Below, in pieces: positions 37,881 through 41,648 of a stretch of 41,648 bases of DNA (positions are counted from its first letter, which is position 1; each line of letters starts with the position of its first letter). The notes below the pieces were generated by a model. It was not told the DNA's origin, did no database searches, and was given only the letters and a program-made list of their open reading frames with translations. Origin of the DNA: Candidatus Nanohaloarchaea archaeon (lineage in GTDB: Archaea; Nanohalarchaeota; Nanosalinia; Nanosalinales; Nanosalinaceae); contig JAWOFP010000009.1 in assembly GCA_046497485.1 (NCBI GenBank), positions 1 through 41,648 on the forward strand. Reading direction: 5' to 3'. The position numbers were made by a program, and so were the translations under genes.

Positions 37881-40800
37881 TCATGTGAACTGGCTGAGAC
37901 CTGACTGTCTCTGATCCTTCCCAAATAAGCTTTGAAGCGACCGATTCATCATCAGTACCTGCTGCCTCAAATAAGGAGTAATCTCATACTCCTCAATAAT
38001 ATCCTTAGAAGGCTGCATATACTTCTTGATAGTCCCTTCAGAAATCGTCAGTAATACCTTTCCTCCGCACTCAGGGCACTGAGCCGTAGTCTTACCAGTC
38101 GGAGCAATAGTCTGACTAGTCATAGGCACACGCCTGAACTTCTCATTACAGTCAACACAACGCATCTTCTGTTTCGAGAAACTCCTTAAATTCCCTCTAA
38201 TATCCGGCAAAAAGTGTTTCTGAAGCAGCAGCTCCGCTACATTATTCTCATCTACAGCAGAAATCTTCTCGCCCAATTTGAGCTGTGCACGAGTCTTCTC
38301 GCTCATCTCATCCAAAGTAACATACTCAGACTGATCAGGACCATCATCAATATTCGTAGTCTCATGCGTAAAACCATGAGTAAACGGCTCATCACTATGC
38401 ACAATATCCTCGCCAATCTCAATCTCGCAATCAATCTCCCAGGGCTTCTTATACTCCTGAGTCTCCTCATAAAACTGGAGAGGATACTCACTGACTGTCT
38501 CAATCGCCCAGGCCTCATCATCAATCTCATCAGGATTAAGAACGTTTGAAAGGATTAGTGCGGCATCCATGGTTCTAGCGCCCACCATGTTCGGTAAGAA
38601 GTCTCTTGAGAAGTTTAGAAGCCCATCCATCAGCAATAAGATAGCGTCCTCGTCTCCATCACAGTTTGATGAAAGTATTCTGTTTGTCGTCATGAAATTA
38701 TGGGTTTCTTTAACTTCTATGTCGTACATAAATTCTTCATCAGAACTAACAGTTTCTATTTCCTTGATTTCTTCAAGTTGATCATACCCTTCATTGTCTA
38801 CAATCAGCATATCTCCTTTTTCTAAGCTTCTTCCTCTCTTTTTGCCCTTAGAAGTTTCCATCTTATGGTCTGGAAAGATATCCAGTTGTTTTCCTTCTAC
38901 AGTCTTCACTCTCAATTTAAAATTAGGCGCTTCCATTCTATACGCTTTAACCGCTTTAGAAATTACAAGATTAGAAGCGGATTTAGCATCTTCATCGAAA
39001 GATAGAACCTCAATATCTATATCTTTTTCAATTGTTCCGCTACTATCGGCCTCTTTTGGGTTAGATCCTTGTTCAAAAATCTGCTCCAGTGTTAATCCTG
39101 TAGGCTTGACAGCTACATCTCCAGGAAGACAATTTCTTCTCTTTGCTGCGTGCCAGTATGGGTGTGCGTACATTCCTTTGGCTCTGGTAAATCCTATTAT
39201 ACGCCCTACTGTTCCTCCTGATGTGTGGGGTGCTAGACCTATTACTAGTTCTCCTATTAAATCTTCTTTGGACTCGAAGTTATAGTATGGTTCGACGTTG
39301 TAGAATTTATCCATTAGTTCGTCGATGAAGTTAGCTACCTTTACGAAGTAATCTGAGGCTGCTAAAGATTTATCTGATTCCGGGATTATAATGTCTTGAG
39401 GTTTCAAGGCCACTACCTGGTCATCTGATTCTAGCGGATTTCCGTCTACATCCTCTTCATAACCAAGTTCTTTCAGTCTTTCAACCGGTGCATTAATTTC
39501 TCTTGGCTTAAAATGGGTGATCGGGATGTCTAATGCGTCGTAGCGGACAGTTGCGTCTTTGTTAACATATAGGTCATGTTTTTCTCTTAGAAGGCCTTTT
39601 TCAATAGGCTCTACATGCTTATGCTTTGATGTCATTCCTCTGAATGATTTAAGTAGTTCTGGAGGCTTGTTCATCCCTAGGTTTTCTAGTGCGTCGTCCA
39701 TCATCGATCTTACATCAATTTTGGTCTCTTTATACCTTTGGAACCTTTCATTACCGCAGCTATCGCATTCCTCAGGCTCCTCATCGTACTGATTGAAACA
39801 GCTACTGCAGAACCAGATCGGATCAGCCGGGGCATCGCATTCACGACAGAAAGCATAATGAGTTACTTCTCCGCACTCTGTGCATTTGTTATGGATTATG
39901 TCCTCTTCCACAACTCCTTTTTCTCCATGCATCGTCTGATTATAGGCTGCTGTCAAGTTCCTCATACGGCCTCCTTCTTCCTTTCCACACGGGAACAGCA
40001 TCTGAGGCTTACCAGTCAAAGTCCTCTTCTCTGCTTTCTCAGGCCTACCCATTCTCGCACCCATGTAATGAGTGGACTGATCGCCGATCTTAAGGCCTGA
40101 AACATGTTCTATAAACTCCTTAATATCGTCCGAATTTTCTATATTATCTAATTTATCTGAGTGATCATTTTCTAGGTCTAGAAGTATTTCTAAGGCCTCT
40201 CTATCATTTCCTTCAACTTCCATCTGGTCGTTGTGAGGTATGTAGGCTTGTTCCAGTGCTTTCTTGGCTTTCTCGCTCTTGAAGCTCTCTCCCCTTAACT
40301 TCCTATAAAGCTGTTTGAAGTTTTCAGGTTCGACATCGCTCCAGAAATGTGTCCATCTTGGATGGAATCTGATATCTAAAGCTCTTGAAATCTTTTCAGC
40401 TTCTCTAGGTGACGGATCTCTGTCTGAAAAGTCTTTACCCAGCTCCATATCTTTCTCATCCAATGCCTTTTCAAGTTCTAGATCCCACCATTCGCTGACA
40501 TAAGGGGAAGGAAGTAGTCTCTTTCCGTTTTCTATGAATTCTCCGTAAGTAACAAGCATGTCACCCATGAAGAGTATTTCATCGACTTGGTCTTCGATTT
40601 CTTTTGCTCGTTCTCTAGTATCTACTCTTTCGACTTCTCCGCTTTCAAGCCTTACAACTGGAGGCTCTATACTATCACAAGGGCTTCCAACTGTGGCTTT
40701 ACCAGGATACTCAACTTTTAGCTGTGTTCCAATTGCGATAAATCTCTGGCTTATCTCCATAGTCGCAGGATGGAAGGAAACCGCTGCTAAACCATTGGTT

Positions 40801-41648
40801 CTGGAATGACCGTATCTTAGCCTGAAGCCTCCTTTTTTACCTGGATGCCCGAATACAGGCCTTCCAGCAGTTAACGATCCCAGGTATTTGTCACTAGCAG
40901 TATACTTATGCTCTTCCTCATCTTCGCTTTCTTCGTCATCATCTCCTGAACTGTGGATCTCTTTCTGAAGTTTGAGATAGTCCTTGATCCATTCCCAGTG
41001 TTCCAGTCCGAAGTCGCTACCCCATTTCTCTATTCTCTTCTTGATCTTAGGAGCCTTCAATGGTAGGCCGTCTAAGTAGACTAGACACATACCTCCTCTG
41101 ATTTTGTTGGTCTTAACTCTATCTAAGTCCTTATAATTGGAAACATCGAGATCTTCAGTCGGTGAGCCTGTAACTTCGACAGGAACATTCTCCGCAATCT
41201 TTTTAGTCTCCTCTCTTGTCGGATTATACTGCTTAGCCGTAACTCTATTGTAATAATCTTCTACTTCGGTCGCATACCGGTCAATAACTGTATCAGAAGG
41301 CTTGAACTTGTCAAGATCTACACCCATCCTCACATAGTCTGCGATTAATACGCTCATAGCGGATGCAGTTCCGCCCGCAGAACGGATAGGCCCTGAGTAG
41401 TATACTGCTAAGTATTTGCTTCCATCATTATTTTCCCTAATTTTAACTTCTCCTATACCTTCTAGAGGCGCAGTGGTGATTCCTCCTGTCATGTAACTGA
41501 CCCCTACTCTTAGGCCTGCGTCACATGCTCTTTCTCTCTCATCGAATTCGTGGAATCTTCCTTCGGCTATTTCCCTTGCTATCTGGAAGGCTACACGCTC
41601 ATCATTCTTTCCATACTCTTCTTCCAGTTCTCTTATCCTATCCGGTAC
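37881..41648 (-). CDS. polC: DNA polymerase D large subunit DP2, 5'-truncated by the window edge, intein-containing
   Basis: GPIRSAGGTA, GGFRLRYG, RMGRPEKA, HAAKRRN/CDGDED, zinc-finger CxxC pairs, C-terminal PIP-like QSGLSQF; the frame stays open from 41492 to 41648. Confidence 0.98.
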   Translation of the reverse strand, partial: VPDRIRELEEEYGKNDERVAFQIAREIAEGRFHEFDERERACDAGLRVGVSYMTGGITTAPLEGIGEVKIRENNDGSKYLAVYYSGPIRSAGGTASAMSVLIADYVRMGVDLDKFKPSDTVIDRYATEVEDYYNRVTAKQYNPTREETKKIAENVPVEVTGSPTEDLDVSNYKDLDRVKTNKIRGGMCLVYLDGLPLKAPKIKKRIEKWGSDFGLEHWEWIKDYLKLQKEIHSSGDDDEESEDEEEHKYTASDKYLGSLTAGRPVFGHPGKKGGFRLRYGHSRTNGLAAVSFHPATMEISQRFIAIGTQLKVEYPGKATVGSPCDSIEPPVVRLESGEVERVDTRERAKEIEDQVDEILFMGDMLVTYGEFIENGKRLLPSPYVSEWWDLELEKALDEKDMELGKDFSDRDPSPREAEKISRALDIRFHPRWTHFWSDVEPENFKQLYRKLRGESFKSEKAKKALEQAYIPHNDQMEVEGNDREALEILLDLENDHSDKLDNIENSDDIKEFIEHVSGLKIGDQSTHYMGARMGRPEKAEKRTLTGKPQMLFPCGKEEGGRMRNLTAAYNQTMHGEKGVVEEDIIHNKCTECGEVTHYAFCRECDAPADPIWFCSSCFNQYDEEPEECDSCGNERFQRYKETKIDVRSMMDDALENLGMNKPPELLKSFRGMTSKHKHVEPIEKGLLREKHDLYVNKDATVRYDALDIPITHFKPREINAPVERLKELGYEEDVDGNPLESDDQVVALKPQDIIIPESDKSLAASDYFVKVANFIDELMDKFYNVEPYYNFESKEDLIGELVIGLAPHTSGGTVGRIIGFTRAKGMYAHPYWHAAKRRNCLPGDVAVKPTGLTLEQIFEQGSNPKEADSSGTIEKDIDIEVLSFDEDAKSASNLVISKAVKAYRMEAPNFKLRVKTVEGKQLDIFPDHKMETSKGKKRGRSLEKGDMLIVDNEGYDQLEEIKEIETVSSDEEFMYDIEVKETHNFMTTNRILSSNCDGDEDAILLLMDGLLNFSRDFLPNMVGARTMDAALILSNVLNPDEIDDEAWAIETVSEYPLQFYEETQEYKKPWEIDCEIEIGEDIVHSDEPFTHGFTHETTNIDDGPDQSEYVTLDEMSEKTRAQLKLGEKISAVDENNVAELLLQKHFLPDIRGNLRSFSKQKMRCVDCNEKFRRVPMTSQTIAPTGKTTAQCPECGGKVLLTISEGTIKKYMQPSKDIIEEYEITPYLRQQVLMMNRSLQSLFGKDQRQSGLSQFT
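38664..39131 (-). mobile_element. Mini-intein (156 aa, no homing endonuclease) in DP2
   Basis: Interrupts KRRN|CDGDED; starts CLPGD, block B FPDH, block F MYDIEV..THNF, ends LSSN followed by Cys. Confidence 0.95.

Larger units (their letters stand above)
57..41517. repeat. Dispersed highly iterated palindrome AGGCCT
   Basis: About 144 copies by manual count, for example 57, 148, 212, 911, 1108, 1546, 1741, 2341 ... 41512. Confidence 0.92.

Noticed and set aside
38214..38549. Overlapping ORFs 38214-38549 (+) and 38303-38530 (-), also 14712-14954 (-)
   Set aside because: Low-complexity L/I/R/M-rich translations are by-products of the local third-position skew.
5418..40809. Many Ser-rich antisense or alternate-frame ORFs in the track
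   Set aside because: They lie opposite well-supported acidic genes; reverse-complemented Glu/Asp codons give Ser/Phe-rich open frames.

Overview
Gene-dense archaeal chromosome segment with a strongly acidic proteome, mostly leaderless genes with a TATA element about 26 nt upstream of the ATG, and low-40s %GC by eye. It is best explained as a DPANN nanohaloarchaeon (inference). It carries rpa-radA, a PRC-barrel gene, thpR, five peptidases, tRNA-Thr(CGT), a MacB/FtsX-type ABC system, an HD dNTPase-like gene, mscS, dnaG, a pilin-like gene beside a GLUG/PKD surface-protein gene, three tandem paralogues of unknown function, a SipW-TasA-like locus and the 3' part of polC (DP2) with a mini-intein. 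The most unusual signals are not protein-coding. (1) The palindrome AGGCCT occurs about 144 times by hand count against about 7 expected, like cyanobacterial HIP1. (2) Strand composition flips sharply from A/C to G/T at the DP2 intein region and at the tRNA. (3) A 69-nt K-turn hairpin RNA has a pocket matching 23S helix 69 but no ACA box. (4) Two identical 19-bp dif-like sites in inverted orientation bracket 6.4 kb. All counts are manual and no database search was run.
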